DNA of 64,000 bases from Fimicolochytrium jonesii (taxonomy: Eukaryota): the NCBI RefSeq assembly GCF_025526975.1, contig NW_026515669.1, positions 1,178,001-1,242,000 of the forward strand. The letters run 5' to 3'. Below, one piece after another: positions 25,058 to 37,585 of this stretch; within the stretch, counting starts at the first letter, position 1, and the number at the start of each line of letters is the position of its first letter. The position numbers and the translations under genes are program-made. The notes under the pieces are model-generated. The model was not told where the DNA came from. It saw nothing but the letters and a program-made list of their open reading frames with translations, and made no database searches.

Positions 25058-27172
25058 TCAATACCACCACCCACCAACGGTATGCAAAAGAATCTTCCCC
25101 GGCGAGATCTGTATACTCCCATTCGCAACCGTATAAAACCACGTCTTCTCCAATTTCGGCGTTTTCACACCGGCTTCCTTCCCCATATTCGCAACCGCAG
25201 CAGCAGCAGTGTCCTTCTTGGCGTCAGCGTCCTTCGACTGCTTAGACGTCCATTCCAAGAACCGCACGAGCAGCATCTCCCCGACTCCGCGGCTGTTGGT
25301 GTTTGTACCCCCGACGCCGGGGTTGGCGACACCGTCGTCTGGGCGCGGGAAGGTTTCTACTGTTGCGATGACGCTGCTCTTCTCGTCCGAGACGACGAGT
25401 TGGACGGCGATCTGGTTGTTCGCGACGGCCTGGTCGATGAGCTCCACGGCGGTTTTGTCGGTGCAGAGGTTGTATTCAGCTGGTAACCATTCGGAGCATT
25501 TTTGTGTTTTGCGGGGGAGGAGCGTGACAGGGTGCGAGGATGTGGATGGGTTGGAGAAGATTTCTTTCGCGGTATGGAACGCGAGGGGTTTGGATATGGC
25601 CGTCTTCTTGCCCAAAGCCGGGTTTCTCATCGCCGCTGCCAGCTCCTCCTTCTCGCGCGCGAACCCCCTCACCCACCCACGACAACTTTCGGCGTTGCTT
25701 TCCCCAACGCAATAGTGTGCGCGGCCGTCGTGGACGATCAGCAGACGGGTGTCGGCCCATGAGGGGAGTTGCCAGGGGGCCAGGACGGTGGAAATGCCCG
25801 GGGCGTGGATGGCGGAGTGGGAGTAGCAGCCTTCGGTGAGGGAGAGCCAGTCGGAGGGGTTGGCAAAGGTGGTGAGAAGGGCGGGGATGGAGGAGAGCGA
25901 TTTGCAGTGTTTCCAGAGGGTGGTGATGTCGGACGGGGTGGGGCGCGGGTTGGTGGTGACGGACTTCTTGACGGGGGAAGGTTGGGTTGTGCGGTAGTTG
26001 TGTACGGTGAAGGAGCTGCGGAGGTACAGGCGCCAGGCGTCGCCTTCGTGGGCGGTGAAGAGGTCGGCGTCTTTGATGAGTTTGTTATCCATCCAGCGAC
26101 TCAGGTCTCCGACCGCGGTGCCTACATCAATCCACCCCCACGAATCGCACCGGTCTGACGAGACTTGCTCGGCAAAGAGTGTGCCCCAAGCACCACGCAA
26201 CTGGTCAATAACAGACCCACCGCGGCCCTCGAACGCGCGGAGTCGGCGCTCGAGAGTATCGCACTCCTGGTCATATCCTTCCCAACCCAATGCCAAATCT
26301 GCCGGCGGTTCCCGGCCCAGGGCCTTGCAGAGACGGTCGGTAGCCAATCCAGCGAATCCACGGTATGAGTAACTAGGGTGAATATGCGAAATATCGATGA
26401 TCTTAACGTTCGGTCTCTGCATATCGTGAGGGAAAGACGCCTTTGTCGTGTTGTGCACAAACAGGTGAAGATCTGCATACGGCGCGTTCCTGGCAACGCT
26501 ATCCACCAAAACGGTTGCGTAATCGGGGAACGCATCGTTCTGTCCTTCGTATGTCGCTATCAGGCAAAGAGGGGTCTTCTTCGGTTGCAAAGGCGAGACG
26601 CCCGATCCAGTAACCGCAAACGTGGGGTCCAGCAGGAACTCACGGATCCGCTCAGCAGCCCGCAGCTGGATAGACGCATTGTAATGCAAAGCGTGAGTTT
26701 GCCAGTATCGCGAAATGAGGTCCTTCATATTCGTAGCGGCCGATATGTAGAGCATAGCTTTAGCATCGACCGCTTCGTCGTATGCCCGGCGAGCGGCAAG
26801 ATCCGCCATTTCCGCCTTTTCCGCCCATTCGTACACTCGCGACAGGGCGCGGCCGGTTATTCCCTTCGGGAGGCGACCGTTGAAGAAGGAGGATACTACT
26901 GGGACTAGTGCTGGGTCCACCCCTGACGGTCGGGGGAAGGTTGTTTTCGAGGGTGGTGGGAGGACAGCGGCGACGACGGGTGGGACTTTTGCGTCGACAG
27001 CGGCTGCGGCGGGTTCCTCTATCCCGTTCGCTGCGGCTATATCCTCCAACACCACATTCTCCTGCAATGCCTGTTCGAATGACGCCGAACTCCGACGGCC
27101 GGTAAGGAAGTAGAGCAGACAGAGTGCCGTGACGAGTCCGAATATAAATTTCGTCCTGAAGCGGAGACCCAT
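25058..27172 (-). CDS. Intronless type II membrane protein with a DUF6625-like putative glycosyltransferase domain (start may be 27172, 27203 or 27301)
   Basis: Single long ORF with a basic N-terminus and one TM segment (FIFGLVTALCLLYFLT), then a stem, then LIATYEG..FPDYATVLVDSVARN.PYADLHLF and LRGAWGTLFAE....CDSWGWIDVGTAVGDLSRWM. Confidence 0.6.
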   Translation of the reverse strand: MGLRFRTKFIFGLVTALCLLYFLTGRRSSASFEQALQENVVLEDIAAANGIEEPAAAAVDAKVPPVVAAVLPPPSKTTFPRPSGVDPALVPVVSSFFNGRLPKGITGRALSRVYEWAEKAEMADLAARRAYDEAVDAKAMLYISAATNMKDLISRYWQTHALHYNASIQLRAAERIREFLLDPTFAVTGSGVSPLQPKKTPLCLIATYEGQNDAFPDYATVLVDSVARNAPYADLHLFVHNTTKASFPHDMQRPNVKIIDISHIHPSYSYRGFAGLATDRLCKALGREPPADLALGWEGYDQECDTLERRLRAFEGRGGSVIDQLRGAWGTLFAEQVSSDRCDSWGWIDVGTAVGDLSRWMDNKLIKDADLFTAHEGDAWRLYLRSSFTVHNYRTTQPSPVKKSVTTNPRPTPSDITTLWKHCKSLSSIPALLTTFANPSDWLSLTEGCYSHSAIHAPGISTVLAPWQLPSWADTRLLIVHDGRAHYCVGESNAESCRGWVRGFAREKEELAAAMRNPALGKKTAISKPLAFHTAKEIFSNPSTSSHPVTLLPRKTQKCSEWLPAEYNLCTDKTAVELIDQAVANNQIAVQLVVSDEKSSVIATVETFPRPDDGVANPGVGGTNTNSRGVGEMLLVRFLEWTSKQSKDADAKKDTAAAAVANMGKEAGVKTPKLEKTWFYTVANGSIQISPGKILLHTVGGWWY

Positions 27173-27969
27173 CGAGAGGCCGGAGACCAACGGGAGGGGC
27201 ATACTGTGCGAGGTGCAAAGACGGGCGAGGGCGGTGGTTTTCGGACCGATTGGTTCTATGAAATAATGAGGTTGTGGAAACACTAAGGCAGTCCAACGCA
27301 TGGGGCGGCGGGGGGAGTCACTTTCCCCTCCAAGACCCCGGCCGAACGTTGATAGTGAGTGAGGTGGGGGGTGGCTCAACAACGATGCGGCGAATTAAGC
27401 GTATCGTTGCCAGCAAGACGGAAGGGCCCTGTGTTGCTGTTGAATCGTTGCGCTGGAAAAGGAAAGGCCGCAAAACGGCGAAACGCTGCTGTCAAACGCG
27501 TGGTGTGACTCACCATTGCACCCCAAACTCCGCTCCATAAGAGGCTTGTTTTGGGCAACTACCACTGCTCAGGGCAACCACAGTGCAAGACAGACATAGG
27601 GCATAGGGCAAAGTGGCACATGAAAGAACTGAGAGAGTACTCTTCCATATCTACACAGAATCATACACACATCAAGCAGGGACGGGGAAGGAGAGAAATA
27701 GGAAGACATGCAAAGAACACTCAAATACGGGAGGGGGGAATGGGATACGCCGATACGTCGTAAGCAGAATGAAAACGCAGGAGCAACATCACTCAAATAG
27801 ACTCAGGATCTCGAAAGATGTCCAGGGGGGGTATCGTAAGAGCGGTGGTGAACGCATGGAGGGTATACGGTTTGGCTTGTCCACGAAGCGGCGGTGCGCA
27901 CGATGTTTGCGGTCGTCCACCGTTGTCATGGTCGTGGTTGAGGGACATGCTCTCCGAAAGGACTGTCCG

Positions 27970-29191
27970 TTACCAGCCTCCATTAGCCGGAGCTTCGACC
28001 TCCCACACCAGCGGTCTCTCCCCGTCCTCTCCTGGGCCGCGCGGACTCAGTTTCTCGTACAGATCCGCAAACAGCTTATCCAGCATATCGTAGTCGGGCG
28101 TGTCGGTGAACTTCATTCCACGCGCATATTCGAGAAGTATTCTGAAGGCGTCGGGGAGACCGGATACCAATTCTGATATGTACGCTTGTTCTTTCATCGC
28201 TAGCGCTTTCTTCCAGCCGGCCCCAGGATTGTGGGCTCGGAGGTTGGACCATGGGAGACGTCTGGAAAATATAAAAAAGATGTCTCAGTAGAGTTTTCGA
28301 CTTTTCTGCTTTCGACCCAAGCCTTACCCTTGCACCAACTCAATGAGGACATATGCTAGGGACTCAAGGTCATCCCTCCTCGAATGCTCTAATCCTCGAT
28401 GTACGTTGAGCGACGCATATCGAGCGGTTCCAGTCTTGGATCGTTTGATATCGATCTTCTTGCCGGTGACGTGCTTTCCAGCTTCGTCTATGAACCACTT
28501 CGCCAAGCCGAAGTCTATCATGTATATTGTCGGCGACTGGCTGATGTCGTCGCCGGCACGGCCAACGCAGAACTGCCCCGATTTCTGAATGCATACAAAC
28601 TTAGCACGCGAGCATCGGCTGAAATAGTTCGAAGCAGGGCAAACTCACCACGTCGCGAAAGACTATCCCTCGATCATGCAACGCCCTCAGCCTCCGCAAC
28701 GTCTGCACCGCACAGTACACCACCGTCCGCAGCGGTAACCTCCCTCCAGGCGAGTCGAAGTGAAGGTCCTTCAACGTTGGTCCCAAACGCTCCATCACAA
28801 TGATATGATACGGCCCCTCAATGCCTCCATACTTGATTTGTGGGAATCCTTCGACGTGTACGAATTCTTGATACATTCCATCTGAGTAAGGCAAGCGTGA
28901 GAATCCTGTGTATATTGGGGGAAGACGAATCGAATGTGCACTCACATTCGTGTTTGATCAACGGATAGGGTGCTGAGGCCAGTTCACGCTTGATGGCAAC
29001 CTTTTCCTGGGTTATCACGTCCTCTCCTGCGAACACATCGCCGAAAGAGCCTGAACCGATTTTCCGCTGTTAAGGTGAACAAGCAGCCCTGGAGGTTAGC
29101 ATTCCTCGACAATTTTCGACGCAACCTTGTAAGAAGCTTCAATGTAAACACTTACGGAAACGTCCCACCGATCAGCTATCCTCACAACCAT
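27970..29191 (-). CDS. Casein kinase 1 family kinase, divergent; multi-exon
   Basis: [77 protein letters not shown]. The catalytic loop reads FRDVKSGQF. Confidence 0.92.
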
Positions 29192-29592
29192 ACTCTTTTA
29201 CCAGTTAAGCACAGTGACAGCCTTGCTTTGTAGGTAGGCGCAGCGAGAATACGAATTGACAGGAGTTAGGGAATGGAGCGGCAATTGCTCTACGAGACGG
29301 TATATCTATCGTACTGTGGTTCTCGAGAGCACTATGGAAAGGACTCGCACAGCAGGGAGCTGAGATATAGATCGGCTTCCAACCTCCGAAGGGAAGAATG
29401 AAGTGCCTTCCTGGGGTCTTAAAATAGCACTGGAGCGTTATTGAAAGGCGGGGGAGCGGGGCTCGTGGGAAACGCGTGAGGCAAGAGACTGTATGATCTT
29501 GGGCAGGCGGCAGCAGCCGCTATTTCTCATCGGCCTTGGGGGTCACATTTCACGCCGTTGCTTCACCCGGGGAGCACATAGCACTAACCAGG

Positions 29593-31733
29593 ATGAGGAC
29601 AACAGCAATACTGCCCAAGCGGGCCTCCATATGGCTCCTCCTGCTAGCCCTCTTCACCTTCTCGCCAGCGAGAGGCAGCGCAAACGTTCCTTCAGAAGAA
29701 GAGTACGTTGCCGTCGACAAGCTCGTCAAGCACCTCGAGCCATCCAAGTTTACGGAGACGGTAGCGACCGGGGCCCACTTGTTGTTCTTTGGGTCTAACT
29801 TCTGTGGACATTGCAGAGCGTGAGTATGGAGTGTCCTTGTTTTGCGCTGACGAGTTCCGATGGTGAAGATCGTCTAACCTATGTTTGTGGTAGGTACACA
29901 CCGGTTTGGCATAAAGCTCAAGAACGTGTGGAGAAGCTTGGGCTGAAGATCAATATCGCCAAAGTGGAATGCACAGGCAGGCCGGAGAACGAGGGTATGT
30001 AAGAGGAATCTACAGTTAGGTCTGGAGGCGAATAAGTCGAAAGTAAGGCCTGGTTCCCCTAGATCTATGCCTGGACCAGAAGATTCTCAGCTACCCAACA
30101 GTCCGTCTCTTACACGACGGCAAAGTGCTCGAGGAGCCCCAGGATGTGCGTCAAATCGACAAGCTGAACGCCTACATTGATCAAGCGATCCTGAAAACCT
30201 CTACCGATGAATCGAAGCTGGAGGCGCTCAAAAACATTATTGGGCAGCGTGCGGAGTTGGACGAGAAAAAGACCAACCCGGATGGTCAGATGGTGCATCT
30301 GACCGAGGCAACCTTCAAATCGCTGACCAACAATGTACCATGGTTCGTCATGTTCCATGCGCCATGGTGTGGCCATTGTAAGCGACTGAAGCCCGTTTTC
30401 GAGGAACTCGCGCCGTTGATGAAGGGCCAGATCAACATCGGGGGTATCAACTGTGACGAGAACGGGAAGCTGTGTCGCGAACATGGGATCAAAGGATACC
30501 CCACCGTCAAGCTTCTCGATTTGCCGGGCACGGAGGTGGATTACAACGGAAAGCGTACGCTGGAAGCATTGAAAGAATACGTCCTGGAGCACATGGGGAC
30601 GCAACCTTTCCACGTTGTGAAGTCCGGGGAGATCCCAAAGATTCTGAAGGACAACGAAGTGGCGTTCTTCCTTGCTTTAGGCGAGAAGTTCACTAAACAC
30701 GCAGACGCCATCAAAGCCTACAAATCCGTAGCCTCCTCACTGCGCAGCGACGCCAAATTCTACATGACCATCGACCCAGCGGCGAACACTTTGCTGAAGG
30801 TCTCCGCCCACGGACCGCATCTGGTTGCCATGAAAGACCATGGGGCGACGGCCATTAAATACGTTGGTGATTATCACAACAACGACGATGGGCGTCGGTA
30901 CTTGCGCAAATTCGTGTCCACCCACCGTCACCCGCGTGTCCTGACTTTGGATTCAGATACCCATAAAGAGATCTTTGAAGGGGACAATCTTGTTGTTATG
31001 GGTATCATGGACCCGTCGGATTCGCGCAAGCCGGACCTCCTCAAATCTCTCGGAGAGGCGTCGACTGCTCGCGGGAAGGCTGAGGCGAAGGATAAGGACT
31101 CGAAACCGGTTCTGTTTACCTGGTTGGATGGTGTGAAGTGGGATACCTACGTTGATGGTATTTACGGCGTATCTCGGGGAAAGTATCCGTATCTCATTGT
31201 TGTGGACTCGAAGGTACGGTGTGCATCAGTAGCTACTGGAGATTTCTGGTTTACTCAAGTTCCTTTATCGTAGGAGGACAAGTTCTACACGGTCCAAAAG
31301 TCCGGTCAGCCCATTGGCTTTGAGAAAGCCTCGGTCTTGTCAGCAATCGAGGACATCCTGGACGGCAAAGTGGAGGTATGCTAAAACCTCCATGAACTTC
31401 ACAACTCGCTTTTCTCAACAGGATTTGTATGCTCAATCCACCCCTTCTGCCCTCATTTTCTCCACATCCGCAGCCAAAATACACATCGAACGTCCTCATT
31501 CGGTTAGGGCGCAAAGCTGTCACAGGGGTTGGCCACGCCGTGGTACGTTACTGCCTTTCATTACGTTGAGCCTCGCACAGTGGAGTCCTGTGTCTGATAA
31601 TCCTTCCGTGCAGGCCGTAGCACGGGACAACTTCTTCCTCCTCTCATGTTTCGGTGTTGTTATGGCACTGGCTTACATTTTCGAAGCTATCCCGGGTATG
31701 CGCAAAGCGAGGCGTACTCCCAAAGGGGAGTAG
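29593..31733 (+). CDS. Membrane-anchored protein disulfide isomerase-like thioredoxin protein (Eps1/TXNDC5-like); multi-exon
   Basis: Signal peptide (IWLLLLALFTFSPARG), two active sites (FCGHC, WCGHC), GYPTV/SYPTV cis-Pro loops, b/b'-like domains, a C-terminal hydrophobic segment and a basic tail ending PKGE. Confidence 0.88.
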
Positions 31734-32203
31734 ATTGCGTTTACGTTTGGCAACATTCTGTTTTTGGCTCTTCACCTCGTCAAAGCGTATAGTCCCCACG
31801 ATAGTCCCCCATTAGGCATAGCTTCATAGTACCGACTTACAGAGCATACCCAACGGTATGGATCCGATTCCCTGACGACAACCATTGCTTGTAAATTCCT
31901 ACCCTGTCCTTTGGAACAACCTGCATGAACTTCGGTTCAATAGCACTTGAGTCATACTTTGGGTTGGGCCAGACTGAGTGCAGCGTTGGAAGCAGACTGT
32001 CTCTCCGGACCAACCGTAGACAGCACGCAGACGCTCCGCTCCCGACCGCACTCCTCAAGGGCATCCAAACAACCCATCAAATCGTTCTGAACATGTTGTA
32101 TTCTGCAAAAGCCATCGTTTTGCATATAGTCTACGAAAAAAACTCTCGCTGGTATACAAAGAAAGGGTCCCATCATTCCATTCCTATCCGCTCTCGATGG
32201 GCT

Positions 32204-32743
32204 CTACCAGAATGGTCGCTCGAGTTCCCATGCGCTGTTGGTCAGGAACGCTGTCGGTGCCTCTACTTCGGCCTGCAAGGAGATGTTTGTTGAGTACGTG
32301 ATTGGCGTTGGGGATTGAGTGTGTGAGTAACTTACCCTTTGGAAGTTGACGTTTCCGGTCAAGCGACTGTCCCGCTCCATCATGCGTCGGTCCCAGCGGT
32401 CGACGTTCCATCGTTTCGGCTGGAGTATGAAAGAGTTGAAGGGAATGTTCGTTAACGGTAATTCCCGGTGACGGATCCGACCACTTGATAGGCAGCTGGT
32501 TTCAAGTTGGAATCCACAGTCCTCAGTCGGTCCCTTCTCATCCGACGGTCCCCTTCCGTCCTCCATCTTCCCCGTCCCTTCGACTCCTGTGTAAAGTGTA
32601 TGTGTCCGCAAAATACGAACCTTTCCGTAGTTCTCGTACTTCTGATATGCCGCCAGCCCAGACTTCATGACCCAGCCCATTCCCCCGATGAGGAGGAGCG
32701 GGAAGAGGGGCTCTATTGGGACGATCCACCGTTGGCCGGACAT
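32204..32743 (-). CDS. NDUFA1: NADH:ubiquinone oxidoreductase MWFE subunit (NDUFA1/NIMM); 3 exons
   Basis: Spliced: VPIEPLFPLLLIGGMG...ENYGKPKRWNVDRWDRRMMERDSRLTG...EAPTAFLTNSAWELERPFW, the fungal MWFE pattern. Confidence 0.9.
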   Translation of the reverse strand: MSGQRWIVPIEPLFPLLLIGGMGWVMKSGLAAYQKYENYGKVRILRTHTLYTGVEGTGKMEDGRGPSDEKGPTEDCGFQLETSCLSSGRIRHRELPLTNIPFNSFILQPKRWNVDRWDRRMMERDSRLTGNVNFQRVSYSHTQSPTPITYSTNISLQAEVEAPTAFLTNSAWELERPFW

Positions 32744-33056
32744 TGCTGTGAGATGTTGTTCGTGCGGACTGAGTTGAATGAATTGTACGAAAGCTGCTCT
32801 GAATCGGCCCTGAATGCTGCTGTCCGTTTGCCGTCTTCTTGAGGACGCGCTCGTTTCGACTTGTTGGCTTCACGATTGTATTTTTTGGAGGAAGGCCCTG
32901 GGAGATTGCGACAACTGTATCAGGCGACAAGGGCGCTACATACAGTACTTTGGTCTCCCTGAGATACCTCGTTGATCGAAAGCCACCAAGTCAACCTGTA
33001 AATCGACTACTGAACGAAAGGCTGTACCGTGCTCATTCCTTGCAACGACGTAGAAT

Positions 33057-34069
33057 ATGGAAACGCCAAGAGCGGCCAACCATCTTGAGGGCGGGAAGCT
33101 TCCTCCAATACCCCGCAAACCACCACAGCTAGGAGGAGATGCAAACGCCGCGCCCTCTTCCAACGCTGCTCCGTTAATCACATACAAGGCGCCCTCGAAT
33201 AAAGAGCTCCCAGACATCACGACCCGCAAAGGTCCGGCGGAAGGAGCAGGAAAGGCCTCAGCTACCAACGGCGAAGGAGCGAAGAAAGCTGGTGGAAAGA
33301 AATCCGTATCCATTGACAATCTCCCCGCCGCAGCCCCAGCGCCAGCACCAACAGCGGTCCCGGTATCAACACACGGCCCGGCCCCCAAAACACGAAAGTT
33401 CAAACTAACCGAAGCGCAAACACGGGAGATCCGGGAAGCCTTTGATCTGTTTGACGAGGACGGGTCGGGGGAGATCACGGGCAAGGAGTGGCGGGTAGCG
33501 ATGCGGGCGATGGGTTTTGAGTCGAATAGCGAGGATGTGAGGAGGATGTTGGATGAGATGGATGATGATGGGAGTGGGAGTGTTACGTTTGCGGAGTTCT
33601 TGAAGTTGATGGAGCGGAAGATGGTGAGTGGTGGTATGTTGTTCTTCGGGGGCCTTCATCGACCATCCATGGACTGAAAGCAATCCCGCCAGCTAGGCAG
33701 AGAAAGTCGCCCGCGAAGAGATGGTCAAACTCTTTCAATACTTTGTAAATCCCGCTCTTGGCGAAACCGGGGCATCCGGCGGGCGTGCGCTCATCAACGC
33801 ACCAACCGCCGACAAACTGCTGCAGCAGCACGGAATCATCCCGCAGAGGATAGCCGCGAGCGATCTACGCACTATCGCTGCTGTTGTTGGGGAGCATTTG
33901 ACGGAGGATGAGATTCGCGAGATGTTGGAGGAGGCGGATAGGGATGGGGATAAGGAGGTTACGGTGGAGGATTTTATTCATGTGATGAGGAAGACGGTAG
34001 GTTGCGCATCTCCGCATATCCTTTTGAAGTGATGACTGATGCAAACGTCTTTCCCAGACGCTATGGTAG
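33057..34069 (+). CDS. Centrin-like EF-hand protein with long N-terminal extension; 3 exons
   Basis: [39 protein letters not shown]2 [37 protein letters not shown], and centrin-type end MRKTTLW*. Confidence 0.85.
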
Positions 34070-34687
34070 ACGCCATTTATTAAGACCGATGGTAGACAGG
34101 GGTGAGCGGCCAAGGTCCTTTTCATCAGATGGGCTCGGCGATCGCCTATTGATATGTATGCAGTTTTTGGACACCATGGTTTTGGGAGTTGTTTTTTGGC
34201 AGACTACCTATGAATCTATATATCTTCGTGATGTGTATGAGCACATGAATGTACATACATATTGAAGAACCAGCGCAGCTTGCTCGTGTCCTTGGGACTT
34301 CTTCCCGGACGCATTCTTCAAGGGGTACCTTCCAAAAGTGACGGGTAAACTTTCTTGAACGAGATTGTGGTTGACGCTCGCTACTTGTCTCCCTACGTGG
34401 TTAGCCAAGAATGGACGAAGCATGGACAGCGATGCCAACGGCATGTCGGTTTGTGTCCAGTATTTCTGTGCTTCCGCTCGCAGAAAGGAATGATGCGGAC
34501 AGAGAAACGTGGACAGACACCATGGCAACGAAAATTGCTCAATAACGGCCATGGATGCATTAAAAACTGTACAGAAATGCTAAAAGTACTCATTACAATC
34601 GATAAGAGTCCAGGAAGGGGTTGTGGGTAAACTTGAGGACGGGGACCGTTTCCAATCCCCAGTGGCCTCGTTAGCGCCCTCAGCTAT

Positions 34688-36656
34688 TTACTGGGCGCTG
34701 ATCGCGGGCTGACCTCCCTGGTTAAGACGCTTGTTGGCAAGGTCCTTCTTGTCCTCGACATCGAAACGACGGAAGAGAGCGTAGAAGATGCACCCGGCGA
34801 CGAAAGCGACGATCGCAACGGATGCGTACAACCAGGTAAGGTGGGGGTCCACGGCGAGAGGGGAGATGAAGATTCCAATCAGGGAGGCAACGGCGTTGGG
34901 GAACAAGGACAAGGCGCTGACGACGGCCTTGAGGTTCTTGGGCGCGTGGGTGTAGGAGTACTCGAGGGATCCGATACTGGCGAAGATCTCGGAAAGGGCG
35001 ATCAGCGCGTACGGGATGATTTGCCACGCGACGGTCACCGAGTTCTCCTCGTTGTTGTAGATGGCGTTTTGGATGACGGCGGCCGCGACCATGGCGAGCG
35101 CGCCGAGGAAGAATCCGATTGTGATACGCAGCATGTATCCGAAGTGCATATTCCTCCGAGACAGAGCGGGGTAGATCAAGTAGTCGAAGATGGGAATGAC
35201 GAGGACGAGGAGAAGGGGGTCGAGGATGTTGACCAAGTCGTTGTTCAACCAACCGGGGCGGTCCATAACACCGGCTTGCGAGATGAGGTTGTTCAACATT
35301 TGGTTGTAGGAAATCCTGAAGGAGAGTTTACAGTAAGTGTCGTGTAACATGATGCTCGTTCCGATCGAAGGTTCACAGGACATACCAGTAGAAGGACATG
35401 AGAGGGAAGATCGAGCACGCCTTCAATCCAGCACGCAGTTCGTCGGGGAAGGATGGTGACCATGTCCGGCGAGAAGCTAGTGAACGGAAAGAGGGGTTAG
35501 CGTCAAATCTTTACATATCGAATGGGAATTTCAAGAAATACAAACCTTCGGCTTGCGATTCACCCTCGATGGGTTTGGCGTACTCCAGGAATGCAAAGTT
35601 GGTGCCAGCCGGAACAGGGCGAGCTCCAGGGTGCGACCGACGGCGGACAAAGGCGTACCTGATGCACCTCCAGGCTTCGAGCAGCACGGATCCGCGAGGA
35701 GCGACGTGGATGTAGCGCTTGCGGCCGGACACGAAGACGCAGATGGACAAGAGGAACATGCAGGATGGGAGGAGGTATGCTTTCCAGAAAGCCTCACGCT
35801 CCAAGAAGACGCAGATGGTTTGGCCGAGCAAGGCGCCGATGTTGATAGCCCAGTAGAACCAGTTGTACAAGTGCTGCACGGTCAAATCGGGGTCGACAAC
35901 GTATTTCTTTCCCTTCTTCTCAACTACGTAAGGCTCGGTAGGCACTTGATCGGCACACATCGGAGAGACTACGGACTTGATACCACCGGCACCCAGTCCA
36001 ATAACGGTGATAGCAATCACGTAACCTGGGAAGGCAAACCCGGAGAACCTAGGCACCGCCTCATCGTAGCCGGTTGGCACGGACGTGGCCATCAGGAAAA
36101 GCCATCCGACCAGGTAGATGATACTGAATGACACGATCGTCCGGAATTTGCCGAGGTATTGGTCGGCACAGATGGCGCCGATGAGGGGAGTGAGATACGT
36201 GAAGAAGGTGAAGTAGTTGCTGAGAGCTGTGGCCGTGCTTTGGCCGCGGCCTAATGCACCGGGGACTGTGTCACTGGAGCCATCAATAGGCACAGGAGCC
36301 GTTGGGCCCTTGCTCACGTAGTTTTGGAAGGTGTTGGATGCGCCGTAGTACGCGAATCGTTCGCAGAACTCGTTCATGACAATGAGCCTATTGTACGGGT
36401 CAGATCAGTATGTGATGTCCATGCGCACGGCGAGAGCAGTTAGTCAACAAACGCACCAGGCAGCAACGGGAATAATTCCACTGATGTGAGGAAAGTGCCC
36501 AAAGAAGCCCTCGTTCTCGGGAATATGGACGGCTTGATCCATCTTGTCATCCTTGCTATACGTCGGAGTGGCCTCGTTCGGGTTGAACTCGTGGAGGGTC
36601 TTTTGGCTGACCGCTTGCGCTTTCGCAAGGTCGCGAAGGTCCTGTTCTTGGGACAT
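34688..36656 (-). CDS. PTR2: POT/PTR family di/tripeptide transporter; 4 exons
   Basis: NEFCERFAYYG (ExxERF), GAICADQYLGKFRTI, GAGGIKS..SPMCADQ, YNWFYWAINIGAL, WQIIPY..IALSEIFASIGSLEYSYTHAPKNLK. Confidence 0.95.
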
Positions 36657-37585
36657 GGTTGGAGCGCTAGAACGGTCGAGGTTGAAGCTATGTGATGCAG
36701 TAAGGTATGAGGTTGCCTTTGCGACGAACGATCAACGCTAAATGTCGCTAAAGGTCGCGGCCGTGCGGGATGTCGCCCGTCTTTTATATCTATAATGCAT
36801 GCCCACAGCTGAAGTGGGAGCAGAGGGGAGGACGCCGATCGCCGTTGTGGGATCACCCGCCGCTGTGAGACACTCGCTGACTTTTGTGAGACGGGGGGGG
36901 GGGAAATCACGCGTAAACAAACAATCTTGACTGCTATCGCGGCTTGCGGGCTTATGCCCCCCACGCCACGAAAGTTTTGGCAGCGACGCCCCTTGACATG
37001 GATTCATCATCAGCAGAGACAGGGAGAACGACGCCCAATGCCCAGAACGCCCAAGTGATGAGATCAGAAGGGGACAGCGGGGGCAGGGGTCGGCCAGCCT
37101 CTGACCTTGAGCGTTGCGAGAGGCTTCCTGACACCGTTCCAGCACTGGCAGTTCCTTTGTGGCTTTTCGCGTAGCGCGCATGGTGACGCGCCGCAATTTA
37201 CCCCAAGGGGCCAACTTGGGTGTTACACCCACACTTGGATTTAGAACATGAATTAATGGAAAATTCGCTTCGCGTTTCATCAACTTCTCCATCAGCACAC
37301 AAACGCAACGATAAGATCCGTAACTTGATCCCTGACTGTCTGAGGTGTTATGGTCACACACGCTTAACGCCGGGACTTATCGTAGCATTATGCCCGTAAG
37401 AGCACCCAGGAACAACCGAGAAGGCGGGACCAACTGAATCCCGGTGTCCTTTAGTAATTCGGCAACAAGTGTCGATTTCACTCAACCTCTCTGTATTTCA
37501 ATTGTCAATTTCAACCAACCTCTCTGTCTTGCCTGCATGCAGTGTTGATGGAACATAGCGGACTTCCACTTCACAGGTTAATTCA

